Below, one piece after another: positions 29,210-38,364 of a DNA stretch of 64,000 nucleotides. Source of the stretch: an uncultured Thermoplasmatales archaeon (GTDB lineage Archaea; Thermoplasmatota; E2; UBA202; DSCA01); assembly GCA_964606745.1 (NCBI GenBank), contig CAZSHJ010000002.1, forward strand, positions 2,629 through 66,628. The letters run 5' to 3'. A program made the position numbers and the translations under genes. Below the pieces are notes generated by a model that was not told the DNA's origin, did no database searches, and saw nothing but the letters and a program-made list of their open reading frames with translations. The stretch's first letter is position 1; every line of letters begins with the position of its first letter.

Positions 29210-29905
29210 ATGTTAATCATGCTCGTTTTCATTCACGGGATGTTATCCAATGCTAGCGTATGGGACCCCGTCATCACTTATTTTAATGAGAGGGGCTTTT
29301 CATGCAATGCGGTAAATTTAAAAGAAGGATTGGATTTGAGGAAAACACGTTTTCAGGATTACGTGGATAAAGTAAAGGCAGTGGTAACAGAAGATGATAT
29401 AGTAATCGGGCATTCAATGGGCGGCTTGGTCGTCCAGAAGGTGGCGGAGGAAGCCGATATAAAGGGCGGCGTTGGCATATGCCCTGCAGCACCAAAGGGA
29501 GTCAAGTTTCGTGGTGATATTGTGCTATCCTCTGCCAAGTATGCACTAAAAGTTATCATGGGAAAACCGTTTAAAGAAGATTATCCGTATGTTAAAAAAT
29601 ATATGTTAGTCGGGGTAGGAGAAGAAGAGGCGAGAGCCATCTACAAAAAATTGGAAAAACAATCGGCAATTGTTACGCATGAACTGGGGATGAACAAGAT
29701 AGCGGTAGATGAAAATAAAGTGAATTGTCCCCTCCTCTTCATTGCAACAAAGAATGATAAGGTATGTGCCCCCGAACTGGTTAAGAGAATTGCAGAAAAA
29801 TACAATGCAGAATACAGGTTATATAACGGTTGCCATCATTTTTTTTGTAATGACAATTGGCAAGACATAGCAGAGGAAATCCACAAATTTATAACAAAAT
29901 TATAG
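29210..29905 (+). CDS. Alpha/beta-fold hydrolase
   Basis: 231 aa. VFIHGM oxyanion region and GHSMGG nucleophile elbow. Confidence 0.75.
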   Translation: MLIMLVFIHGMLSNASVWDPVITYFNERGFSCNAVNLKEGLDLRKTRFQDYVDKVKAVVTEDDIVIGHSMGGLVVQKVAEEADIKGGVGICPAAPKGVKFRGDIVLSSAKYALKVIMGKPFKEDYPYVKKYMLVGVGEEEARAIYKKLEKQSAIVTHELGMNKIAVDENKVNCPLLFIATKNDKVCAPELVKRIAEKYNAEYRLYNGCHHFFCNDNWQDIAEEIHKFITKL

Positions 29906-30139
29906 GGAATGCCCTTCCATTCTGTTGCAATAATCCGGGCATATTACCCCGCATATCATGTAAAATAATAACCGGCAATTAGCTAAACGAAATCACCTGC
30001 AAAGCACCATTTTAAGGCAAAAATGCATTGCTACTTATTAATACAATTAATCTAATAAAAAATAAAAAATAAAAATGTAAAAGGTAAATGAGACGGTGCA
30101 AAGTTGATTTGTTCTGAAATTATTCTTTCTTTATACCTT

Positions 30140-30331
30140 TTATTCTATTACTTCAACATTTACTGCTTTTGGTCCCCTGTCTTCTTCCTTGACATCAAAT
30201 TTTACTTTTTGTCCAACCATCAATGGTTTATCTCCCTTAACTTCAGACTGGTGGACAAAAATATCTTTTGCCGTTCCTTCTGCTCCAATAAAGCCGTAAG
30301 ATGTCATCCATCTTTTAACTGTTCCTTCCAT
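30140..30331 (-). CDS. csp: Cold-shock domain protein (CspA family)
   Basis: 63 aa. MEGTVKRWMTSYGFIGAEGTAKDIFVHQSEV...GQKVKFDV..GPKAVNV aligns with CspA RNP1/RNP2 motifs. Confidence 0.85.
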   Translation of the reverse strand: MEGTVKRWMTSYGFIGAEGTAKDIFVHQSEVKGDKPLMVGQKVKFDVKEEDRGPKAVNVEVIE

Positions 30332-30513
30332 TTTTATTACCGTATCCTACATGGCAGACCCTTATATTTAGTTTATGGTGGTATGGTCGTGCCCATTTGC
30401 CCGTTTTGGGGGTTTTATCTATCTGTGAAAAACCATAATTAGGTAAATTTGGGATATTGTGGACTTTGTAAGACCATAACTATTAATAATACATTCTGGA
30501 TTTAAGATTCAAA

Positions 30514-30792
30514 GTGATATATATGGCAAGGGAAGTAACGGAATTTCTGAATCTGCCTGCGTATACCCGCGACGGGATTTATGTGGGTGATGTAAGAAAT
30601 GTGGCTTTGAATACGGAAGAGAGAAGAGTAGACAGTTTGATAATCACGAATACTAACTCTGAGTTGGTGGAAAATTCTGCGGACATTGGTGTGCCATACA
30701 GGTGGGTGTCGGCAGCCGGGGACATAATAATATTGAGTTATTTCCCCGAGAAAGTATCCGTTGAAGGGGAGGAAGAGGCGGAGGAGGAATAG
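30514..30792 (+). CDS. PRC-barrel domain protein with acidic tail
   Basis: EVTEFLNLPAYTRDGIYVGDVRNVALNTEERRVDSLII fits the archaeal PRC-barrel pattern. Probable start at 30523. Confidence 0.6.
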   Translation: MIYMAREVTEFLNLPAYTRDGIYVGDVRNVALNTEERRVDSLIITNTNSELVENSADIGVPYRWVSAAGDIIILSYFPEKVSVEGEEEAEEE

Positions 30793-30854
30793 TCACGGAA
30801 AAACATATATATCGAATATCCAATAACAAAATACTTTAGAAATAGAGGTGAAAT

Positions 30855-31811
30855 ATGCCGAGAAAAAGTCTTGCTTTAGGAGTGATATTTGGGGTTGTCG
30901 TACTTTTATCAAGTTCTGTACTTTCCCCAGTTGCAGATGCATTGGATTGGGGGGCTATGAGTGCTTCTCCTAATGTTACCCCTTATTATATCGACAGATA
31001 CGGGAGTGGCTCTCTGACGCTTACCGTGAGTTATAGTGCCTTCTTTTTCCAGTACTTTCCGGTGTGGGTGGAGATAAATATTATTAACTGTCCGAGTTGG
31101 CTTACTGTTACCCCAGCGCAGAAAAACTTCGTGTTGCAGAAGGCAGAGAGCAAAGCTGTCAAGATAGGTCTGACTCTCAATCAGCAGGATGTTGAGGCAG
31201 GCAACATGCAGGTTGTAGAATTTGAGGTTACCGGTAGGATAATTCTGGGTGGAGAACTGAGGCAGGTGGCGACGGGTAAGGCGGATATACAGGTGGGTGT
31301 AAATCCATATACCCAGATAACTCTCGAGATTGCAAAGCCAATAGAAAGGACAGCCCCTGACAGGGAATTAACATTTCCTATCACTGTGAAAAACTGGGGG
31401 AATGCACAGACAACCGTTACATTAAGCCTGACAGATGACCCCGGAAAATGGAGGTACATAATAAACCCACAGCAGATTATTTTATCTCCTAAAAAATCCG
31501 GCGATTCGAATCCGACGGAACAGGTGGCATCACTGACACTTACATCGCCTCACGGAGCCGTCATTTCATACCACAACGACTGGCAGGGAATTGCAATACA
31601 GGCAGTGGCAAGAACGGATGGCAAGTATTACATTCTACAGGGTGATCATTTCGAAGTTTCCCAGCAGGATAAGGAGAAAGTTACGATTTTCAATGGTTAT
31701 GCAACCATGCTTGCAAAGAACAAGGGATTTTATGTTCCGGGTTTCGATTCAATATTGCTCATAGGGGCGCTGGTTTCAATAGTGTTGATGATGAGGCGGA
31801 AGAGGCAGTGA
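30855..31811 (+). CDS. Secreted surface protein with PGF-CTERM sorting signal (hypothetical)
   Basis: Signal peptide. C-terminus VPGFDSILLIGALVSIVLMMRRKRQ (PGF + TM + basic tail). Confidence 0.75.
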   Translation: MPRKSLALGVIFGVVVLLSSSVLSPVADALDWGAMSASPNVTPYYIDRYGSGSLTLTVSYSAFFFQYFPVWVEINIINCPSWLTVTPAQKNFVLQKAESKAVKIGLTLNQQDVEAGNMQVVEFEVTGRIILGGELRQVATGKADIQVGVNPYTQITLEIAKPIERTAPDRELTFPITVKNWGNAQTTVTLSLTDDPGKWRYIINPQQIILSPKKSGDSNPTEQVASLTLTSPHGAVISYHNDWQGIAIQAVARTDGKYYILQGDHFEVSQQDKEKVTIFNGYATMLAKNKGFYVPGFDSILLIGALVSIVLMMRRKRQ

Positions 31812-31851
31812 ACCAACTAACTATATAAACGAAGAACAGATACATTTTTGC

Positions 31852-33606
31852 ATGAGGAAGATGCGTAAAGTTGTATTCCTGTTGTTGGCTATTATATTCT
31901 TAATGTTTTCCATGCCTTTACAGGAACCGGCAAGGGCAGGAATTATCCCATGGGATGAATGGTCAAATTTCTGGTGGAACGTGCAGGTAGAGCCGGTGGG
32001 TGATTCCACTGCAACTGTAGAGCCTCTGGGACAGTACAAATTTCATTTCAAATTCTGGAACGGGGGAGTTGTAAATAGTCCTTCAAAGATTCCTTTGCGT
32101 TATTATCTTAGAATTACCAACATAAGCGGTGAGGGATGGAATGCATATGTAAATCCCACGTTTATTTATCTTGGCCAGGATGAGTCATACAATGCCACTG
32201 TATCTGTAACAGCAAGTGTGAAACCATCATATATTGCGAATATAACATGCGAGATTGCAATGCACGTGAAATTAACGGATTTCATAAAATATGGGAGTAT
32301 AACTTTTCAGGTTCGTTCGCAGCCGTACCGCTGGCTGGGTGTTGATATACCGAACCCTGTTGTGGAAGGGAAGCAGGAGCATGTTTATACGATTCCAATC
32401 AATATAGAAAATAACGGAAATTATGATGATGAATATCTTATTTCCGTGCCATATGCCCCGTCTAACTGGTTGTATGCTCTCTCGGAGCAGAAGGTATATC
32501 TCTTCCCTGGCGAGAGTGCCCGGGTAAATCTGACATTTTATATTCCTCACGAGAGGCTTTACATCCAGTATGAGAATTATCTAATGCAGGTGAGGGTGCA
32601 ATCGGTAAATGACCCGGGATACTACATAACAAGGCCTGTTGTCGTGAGTTTGAGCGGCTTACACATGACTGTGGGGCAGCTTGCCGTTTTTGCTTCTATT
32701 ATGCCGTCTATCACTTTGCTGGTCGCTCTGGGCATTTCATTGACACATTTGAACAATCCCTGTCGTTGCATCCCGAAGCCGTGGAAGGAAAAGCAGGAGA
32801 GAGCCCGTCTCTCAAAGCTTGTACAGGGAGATGCATTAAAAGAGAAGAAGATGATGAAAGAGGAATGGAAATCAGCGTTTTACTATTGCAAGGGTGAAGC
32901 GGAGAGAAAACGGAAGTTGAAGCACCTCTTGGACAAAAAAGCAAGGAGTCAGAGGGCTCTGGAGAGGGAGATAATCGGGGAGTGGAAAAAAGCCTGGACG
33001 ATGCCCTACCAGGAATGGAAGAGGCAAACCGAAGAGCTCAGGGATGAATACGAGGTACGGAAGAGGAAACTTCTTTCCGGATGGAGGGAAGTAAATACCA
33101 GGATAAAAAGGACTGACAGAGAGATGGGTTGTCAGATTCCACTTATACCGAAGCTCGAGATGCCCCCGTTAAAGATGATTCCCGAGCCCGGCAAATTGCC
33201 GAAACCCCGCATACCGAAGTACGAAGTGAACAGCAGGCGACTTAAACTTGTAGGACCTGACAAGATTTTGCTGGAGAGAATCATGATGCCTCTAAAGAGG
33301 GGCAAAAATATTGCGAGGATGGAGAGCGATAAGATAAGGAGTATGGGGACTGGACGGAAAGAAAAGTTAAGGCTGGCATTTGCCGCACTGGGTAAAAAAT
33401 TGGATGTCGAGGTGGCAAGGGCAAATAGTAAAATCAGAATCGAGAGAGAAAGGGCAACGGGAAGCAGAAAAATTATGGAGCAGAGGAGGACGGAGGAGGG
33501 AAAAAGGAGGGAGAGGCGTAGGATTGAAGAGGATAAAAGAAAAAGGGAAAAACTGGTGAGAAAGAAGGCAGAATTAAAGAAAAGATTTGGGAAAAAGAAG
33601 AATTGA
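31852..33606 (+). CDS. Type I membrane protein: signal peptide, ~270-aa extracellular beta domain, one TM, ~300-aa extremely K/R/E-rich cytoplasmic tail
   Basis: TM LAVFASIMPSITLLVALGISL at aa ~283. Tail full of EWK/KRK/RRE runs (KKMMKEEWKSAF...GEWKKAWTMPYQEWKRQTEELRDEYEVRKRK...RRTEEGKRRERRRIEEDKRKREKLVRKKAELKKRFGKKKN). Confidence 0.7.
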   Translation: MRKMRKVVFLLLAIIFLMFSMPLQEPARAGIIPWDEWSNFWWNVQVEPVGDSTATVEPLGQYKFHFKFWNGGVVNSPSKIPLRYYLRITNISGEGWNAYVNPTFIYLGQDESYNATVSVTASVKPSYIANITCEIAMHVKLTDFIKYGSITFQVRSQPYRWLGVDIPNPVVEGKQEHVYTIPINIENNGNYDDEYLISVPYAPSNWLYALSEQKVYLFPGESARVNLTFYIPHERLYIQYENYLMQVRVQSVNDPGYYITRPVVVSLSGLHMTVGQLAVFASIMPSITLLVALGISLTHLNNPCRCIPKPWKEKQERARLSKLVQGDALKEKKMMKEEWKSAFYYCKGEAERKRKLKHLLDKKARSQRALEREIIGEWKKAWTMPYQEWKRQTEELRDEYEVRKRKLLSGWREVNTRIKRTDREMGCQIPLIPKLEMPPLKMIPEPGKLPKPRIPKYEVNSRRLKLVGPDKILLERIMMPLKRGKNIARMESDKIRSMGTGRKEKLRLAFAALGKKLDVEVARANSKIRIERERATGSRKIMEQRRTEEGKRRERRRIEEDKRKREKLVRKKAELKKRFGKKKN

Positions 33607-33670
33607 AAATGGGAAATTTCAGATATAAGGAGTTAGGCGAAATTACTGTTAGTTTAAGGAGAAGATAAAC

Positions 33671-34243
33671 ATGACTACAAAACCAGTTGTAATTAAGTTC
33701 TTTGCTCCTGTCATTGATGTCACAATTAATGCTCTAATGGCTGCTATTGATCAGAAAATGAAGCAAGGGATAACAGATTTTATAATCCTAATTTCATCAC
33801 CTGGTGGCTCAGTTTTTCACGGTTTAAGCGCATACAATTATTTGAAAGGATTACCTGCCACAATAACTACGCATAATTTCGGTAGTGTGGACTCAATAGG
33901 TGTTGTTCTATATTGTGGTGGTTCAAAAAGGCTATCAGTACCTCAGGCAAGATTCTTACTTCATGGTGTTAGTACCAACTTTGAACAGAAGACAAGCTTA
34001 GAAGAAAAGCAATTAGAAGAGAGATTGAAAGGATTAAGAATCGACATTGAGAATATCGCAAAAGTAATTGCAGCAAATACGGGTAAAAGCGTGGAAGCCG
34101 TGACGGATGCGATGCTTGAACGGACAACATTGAATCCTGAAGAAGCACAATCTTGGGGTCTTGTGAACGAAATTAAATCAGATCTCTTTGAAGCGGGTAG
34201 CGAAGTGATTTCGATTCAATTTCAACAACCACAAAAACCGTAA
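33671..34243 (+). CDS. ClpP-family (S14-like) serine protease, stand-alone
   Basis: FIILISSPGGSVFHGLSAYNYL...FGSVDSIGVVLYCGGSKRLSVPQARFLLHGV...EEAQSWGLVNEI aligns with ClpP [22 protein letters not shown]...GQAASMGAFLL...RVMIHQP...EAVEYGLVD. Strong RBS aggaga. Confidence 0.75.
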   Translation: MTTKPVVIKFFAPVIDVTINALMAAIDQKMKQGITDFIILISSPGGSVFHGLSAYNYLKGLPATITTHNFGSVDSIGVVLYCGGSKRLSVPQARFLLHGVSTNFEQKTSLEEKQLEERLKGLRIDIENIAKVIAANTGKSVEAVTDAMLERTTLNPEEAQSWGLVNEIKSDLFEAGSEVISIQFQQPQKP

Positions 34244-34441
34244 CGTTGCCTATCAGTGCATATTCGGCTTTGTTCCTTCGGAAACTTCTCATATCCGTTA
34301 CACGTTATCCGAAATTGCAACTTTATTGAATAAGGAATAGATTGGTAGGTGGAAGTCCTCCAGCCTCTCAATATTCAATACCTGATGATGTGATGATGAA
34401 ATAGATGTGTAACTATGCCATGAGACCGTTAATAACTTATA

Positions 34442-35968
34442 TTGCCGTTACATTACATTTCTGATATTATGATAGAGAAGAAGATGCTATCCATACTCGT
34501 TCTTTTTGTATTGGTAGTGCCTGTTGGAATTACGACCAATTTTTTCAATGCCGGTGAGGGAAAAGAATCCAGTACTGTCTATGGCGAATTTCATCAAGCG
34601 GGTAGTGCATTCGTTCCACCTGACAACATCACCGTGGTGGTGGACGTTATGCGTCTTCGTGCCATGACGCTTTGTGACGACAACCCCGGATTTTATTTCA
34701 AGATATTCATAAACGGCGAGAATTCCATGTGGATGGACCAAGTTGTCAATGGCAAGGACATATGGTTTGAGTGGCCCACTGCTGCCGCGACAATCCCGTA
34801 CGATGTCAATAAAACCGTTATCATACAGATAGAGGTATTGGAAGAACGCAGGGGGCAGGATGCTCAGTGCGATATAAGCAAGGAGAAGGGTCCGTATGAG
34901 GGCGGGAAAACCGTTACCCTTTTCTATGATATGAAAAGAGGAGAGTGGACAGGTGACGATTATCTCAAGGATGGAAACGGATACGGCCATTGCTCCGGTT
35001 TTGAGGACGGGAGCGAGGACGAGAATGACTGCGAGATATGGTTCGATGTTTATCAATGGGGTGAAGATGGGTGGTGGGGCGATGAAGACCGTTTGACTTA
35101 CTGGGAAAAAGTCCATGTTTACAAACTAAACGGCTCGGAGAATTATGGTAGAGAGGATTTCAACGGCGACGGCATACCAATGTATTGGGAGGACAAATAC
35201 GGATTTGACCCGTTTGCCGAAAGCAATGTCTCGCAGCAGGATCCTGACAAGGACGGGTTGACAAATTTCGAAGAGTGTAAAACATCTCAGTGGCTTTCAG
35301 ACCCGTTTGCCCAAGATGTATTCGTGGAAGTGGATGGCATGCAGGCCAAACATTCATGGCAGGATCCATATATGTTGCCCAAGGAGTCTCAAAATCTGAT
35401 ATGCAATCCGTTTGCCAGGCATAACATCACGCTTCACATAGACGACGGCATCATGTGCGGCGGCGGGGATTTGATTCCGTATGACGACGGTATGAGCAGC
35501 AAGGATTTGATGGCTGCCCGGTACAAGTATTTCCTCAATGAAGATGAGAATAACTGGAAAAGGGGAGTTTTCCATTGTGCCATCGTATGTAACCAGATGG
35601 AGTGGTACGGCCGACCGGCGGGCGGGAGAATGTTCTACACAGACAGCCATTGTGTTGGCGGGCAGTATGTTCGGAACTGGGCATGGGCATTCTATCTGCA
35701 GGGAAGCAGCTATTACAAGGCATTTGCAAGCGTGTTCATGCATGAACTTGGTCACACTCTTGGCTTGCTCGGTTTTGAAGGTATAGACAATGAAAATAGC
35801 AGATTTCTATGGTATAAAGAGTACTGGGATTGGGGCACGTACAGAAGCTGTATGAACTACCGCTATGTGTACAAACTGGTAGATTATTCAAGCGGTGATG
35901 ATGATGACTATGATCAGGATGACTGGGCCGCGCTTGACTTGACCCGCTTCACTGGAGAGGGTTGGTGA
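34442..35968 (+). CDS. Secreted zinc metalloprotease (HExxH, metzincin-like) with Ca-binding aspartate-rich repeats
   Basis: Signal peptide (MLSILVLFVLVVPVG; true start probably 34484). DPDKDGLTNFEE TSP3-like motif. C-terminal FMHELGHTLGL zinc-binding motif. Confidence 0.75.
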   Translation: MPLHYISDIMIEKKMLSILVLFVLVVPVGITTNFFNAGEGKESSTVYGEFHQAGSAFVPPDNITVVVDVMRLRAMTLCDDNPGFYFKIFINGENSMWMDQVVNGKDIWFEWPTAAATIPYDVNKTVIIQIEVLEERRGQDAQCDISKEKGPYEGGKTVTLFYDMKRGEWTGDDYLKDGNGYGHCSGFEDGSEDENDCEIWFDVYQWGEDGWWGDEDRLTYWEKVHVYKLNGSENYGREDFNGDGIPMYWEDKYGFDPFAESNVSQQDPDKDGLTNFEECKTSQWLSDPFAQDVFVEVDGMQAKHSWQDPYMLPKESQNLICNPFARHNITLHIDDGIMCGGGDLIPYDDGMSSKDLMAARYKYFLNEDENNWKRGVFHCAIVCNQMEWYGRPAGGRMFYTDSHCVGGQYVRNWAWAFYLQGSSYYKAFASVFMHELGHTLGLLGFEGIDNENSRFLWYKEYWDWGTYRSCMNYRYVYKLVDYSSGDDDDYDQDDWAALDLTRFTGEGW

Positions 35969-36918
35969 GCAGTTTCATGAAGGTGCAAATATTTTCTTTT
36001 GTTCTCCTTCTTTTTTTTCTCAGCTCATTCTCTGGCTGCCTGAGTGATAGTGATAGAGATAATGACGGGCTGTACGACAGTGTAGAGGAGAAGGGATGGG
36101 ATATTGGTGTAACCTATGTAGGTGAAGATTTAAGCAAGGCAGTTCATGTCACGTCCAGTACCCATAAAAAAGATACAGATGGCGATGGGTTGACCGATTA
36201 TCAGGAGTGGTCATCCTCTGTCGGCGGATGCGTAACAAATCCCAGAGAAAAAGACTCAGATGGCGATGGGTTGACCGATTACGAGGAGATAATAGTATAT
36301 GGAACAGACCCTCTGCACTGGGCGGATGATATAGACAAGGACAATGTATGGTGGAACGGCGATTATGAGGAGATAGAGTATTACCGGGGCAGGGGAATCG
36401 ATGATGCCACTATAAGGCAATTTTTAAACAATTCGGATGTTGACGGAGACGGTATCAAAGACGGGAATGACATCGATCCTCTTAGCGACCTTGAAGTCAG
36501 GATAACAATAGAAGGTGTAAAAGTAACCTCTGATATGGATGATAATGATGATCTGCTAGAAACAGTCTTTGACATTGTAACGGACGGGGAATCGAACTCC
36601 TCGACAATGATATATGTCCCTGTGGGGGTTAACTATTCTGTAAATATGAGTTTTAATGTCGATTTGAATGATATGGGCATTCCCGGGGAGTACAACAACA
36701 GCATATCCCTTGATGTCATAGATGAAGATAAGGGTCTGGAACGCAAGCCGCTGGACGTAGATGGTTTTCCCGGCATGGACGTGGTAAAAATTGTCCCTTC
36801 AGGCGGGTATGCAAGAAATGATTTCAACATCAACTCGGACTGCAGGCATTATCATTTGAGTGGTACGGACGGTGAGATTTGGTTCAGCATAGAAGATGTC
36901 AGCACCCCGTGGTCTTAA
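35962..36918 (+). CDS. Lipoprotein-like secreted protein with thrombospondin type-3-like Ca-binding repeats
   Basis: Lipobox-like FSGC. DTDGDGLTDYQE and DSDGDGLTDYEE repeats. Probable start at 35977 (MKVQIF). Confidence 0.7.
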   Translation: MVSSFMKVQIFSFVLLLFFLSSFSGCLSDSDRDNDGLYDSVEEKGWDIGVTYVGEDLSKAVHVTSSTHKKDTDGDGLTDYQEWSSSVGGCVTNPREKDSDGDGLTDYEEIIVYGTDPLHWADDIDKDNVWWNGDYEEIEYYRGRGIDDATIRQFLNNSDVDGDGIKDGNDIDPLSDLEVRITIEGVKVTSDMDDNDDLLETVFDIVTDGESNSSTMIYVPVGVNYSVNMSFNVDLNDMGIPGEYNNSISLDVIDEDKGLERKPLDVDGFPGMDVVKIVPSGGYARNDFNINSDCRHYHLSGTDGEIWFSIEDVSTPWS

Positions 36919-36992
36919 ATTGTCTTAAACTATTTAATCTTCGGTGACCTGCTTTAGAACAAAATTCATCTTATAAAATCCAAGCGAGAAAA

Positions 36993-37092
36993 CCCAGACC
37001 TTTAGGTCTGGGATGAATCGCCTGGAAAATTATAAAACGCCGATAGGCGTTTTCTTCCCCTTGAGGGGAAAGCCACGCAATTTATTGCGTGG
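36993..37092. other. Four consecutive perfect tetraloop stem-loops between convergent genes (candidate bidirectional terminator array or small structured RNA)
   Basis: cccagacc-ttta-ggtctggg (36993-37012); aaaacgcc-gata-ggcgtttt (37034-37053); ttcccc-ttga-ggggaa (37055-37070); ccacgcaa-ttta-ttgcgtgg (37073-37092). All read directly. Confidence 0.6.
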
Positions 37093-37173
37093 AAGGGGTG
37101 ACCCGGTCAAGAATTTTTTATCCGGTTTCCATGAGGTTCTAAGTGGCATTATTCATTTTCTATCTTTTTTTTA

Positions 37174-38364
37174 TTAACTCATCAACTCCTTCAGTTTTCC
37201 TTCCTCGATTGCCGTCTTTATCTCCATGGATATCCTCCTTCCGGTGGAAACTCGCCTTCTCCATAACGTATTGCCGTATGGGTGCCCCACGGACATGTGG
37301 ACATTCGTTCCGCCGCCTATGCGTGGCGCCACGTCATAAATGTAAAAGTGCAGGTCTTTATCGAGACACGTCTGGAGGCAGAATGGTCCAATTACACCGT
37401 AGTCATAGTGTTTCTGCGTTGCCTTCACGTATCTCTCCCCGAGTTCAAATACCTTTTCAAGCTGTGATTCCCTGAGCGTTGCGGAGTTGTGGCCGCACAC
37501 CGTGTATTCAGGAATCTGTTGTTTCTCGGGCAGGCTCAACTGTTGCTGGGCAGGAAGGCGGACATGCCCGTCCAAGCTGCTCTCGAATCTCCAGTCAATT
37601 CCAAGTAGTTCGAGTTCTTTGCTTATGGGGGAGTAGAAGAAATCGAAATTGAATACTGGCCCTATGATATATCTCTCTATCCTGCCTCTTTCCAGATCTT
37701 CCTCGGTTATCACCCCCTGCTGGAGCAGTTGTCCAGATTTTTCCATGTATTCGCTGTATGACGAGCAGGTGAAGAAGCCCCGCTCCAGTTTTTTTACCGC
37801 ATGATGGAGCTTGACTATGCACAACTCATCTATATTTCTTGGGTCATCTATCTTTTCCGGGAAGGGCATTCCCTCTCTCTCCAAGAGCCAGTAGTAATCT
37901 CTCTCCTCCGTCCTCTCCTCGGTGCGCAGTAAATTCCTGGAGCCGAACATGGGCACACGAAAATTTTCCTCTATCTCATCAAGTTTGCAATACGATGTGA
38001 ATGACCGGTTTGGAATAAAAATCACATTTTCCTCAATCAGCCTTTCCTGATTTTTCTCAAGCAAAATCTCGTTGAATTTTTCAAACACCCATGTTTCATC
38101 GACGCATCCCCTCCATACCGTCCCGTCCTTCCTGTGGGCTTTGAAATATTGCGAATATGTTTTCTCCCTGCCTTTCTGGCATACAGCAAGTGTTTTAAAT
38201 CCCTCGTCAACAGCCCCGTCAAAGGTGTCGAGAGCGGAGTGGGACGCCACAGCCCCTATTTTTATGTTGTCAGTGTCATATTCATCAAGCGTCTCCAATA
38301 TCTTGCTTCTATCAATCATTTTATCGCCAATAGTGAATGCCAGACGGGTTTTTAAATTATGCAA
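37174..38364 (-). CDS. purP: 5-formaminoimidazole-4-carboxamide ribonucleotide synthetase
   Basis: 396 aa ATP-grasp protein; matches the archaeal PurP family (also overlaps the next gene by 8 nt). Confidence 0.88.
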   Translation of the reverse strand: MHNLKTRLAFTIGDKMIDRSKILETLDEYDTDNIKIGAVASHSALDTFDGAVDEGFKTLAVCQKGREKTYSQYFKAHRKDGTVWRGCVDETWVFEKFNEILLEKNQERLIEENVIFIPNRSFTSYCKLDEIEENFRVPMFGSRNLLRTEERTEERDYYWLLEREGMPFPEKIDDPRNIDELCIVKLHHAVKKLERGFFTCSSYSEYMEKSGQLLQQGVITEEDLERGRIERYIIGPVFNFDFFYSPISKELELLGIDWRFESSLDGHVRLPAQQQLSLPEKQQIPEYTVCGHNSATLRESQLEKVFELGERYVKATQKHYDYGVIGPFCLQTCLDKDLHFYIYDVAPRIGGGTNVHMSVGHPYGNTLWRRRVSTGRRISMEIKTAIEEGKLKELMS

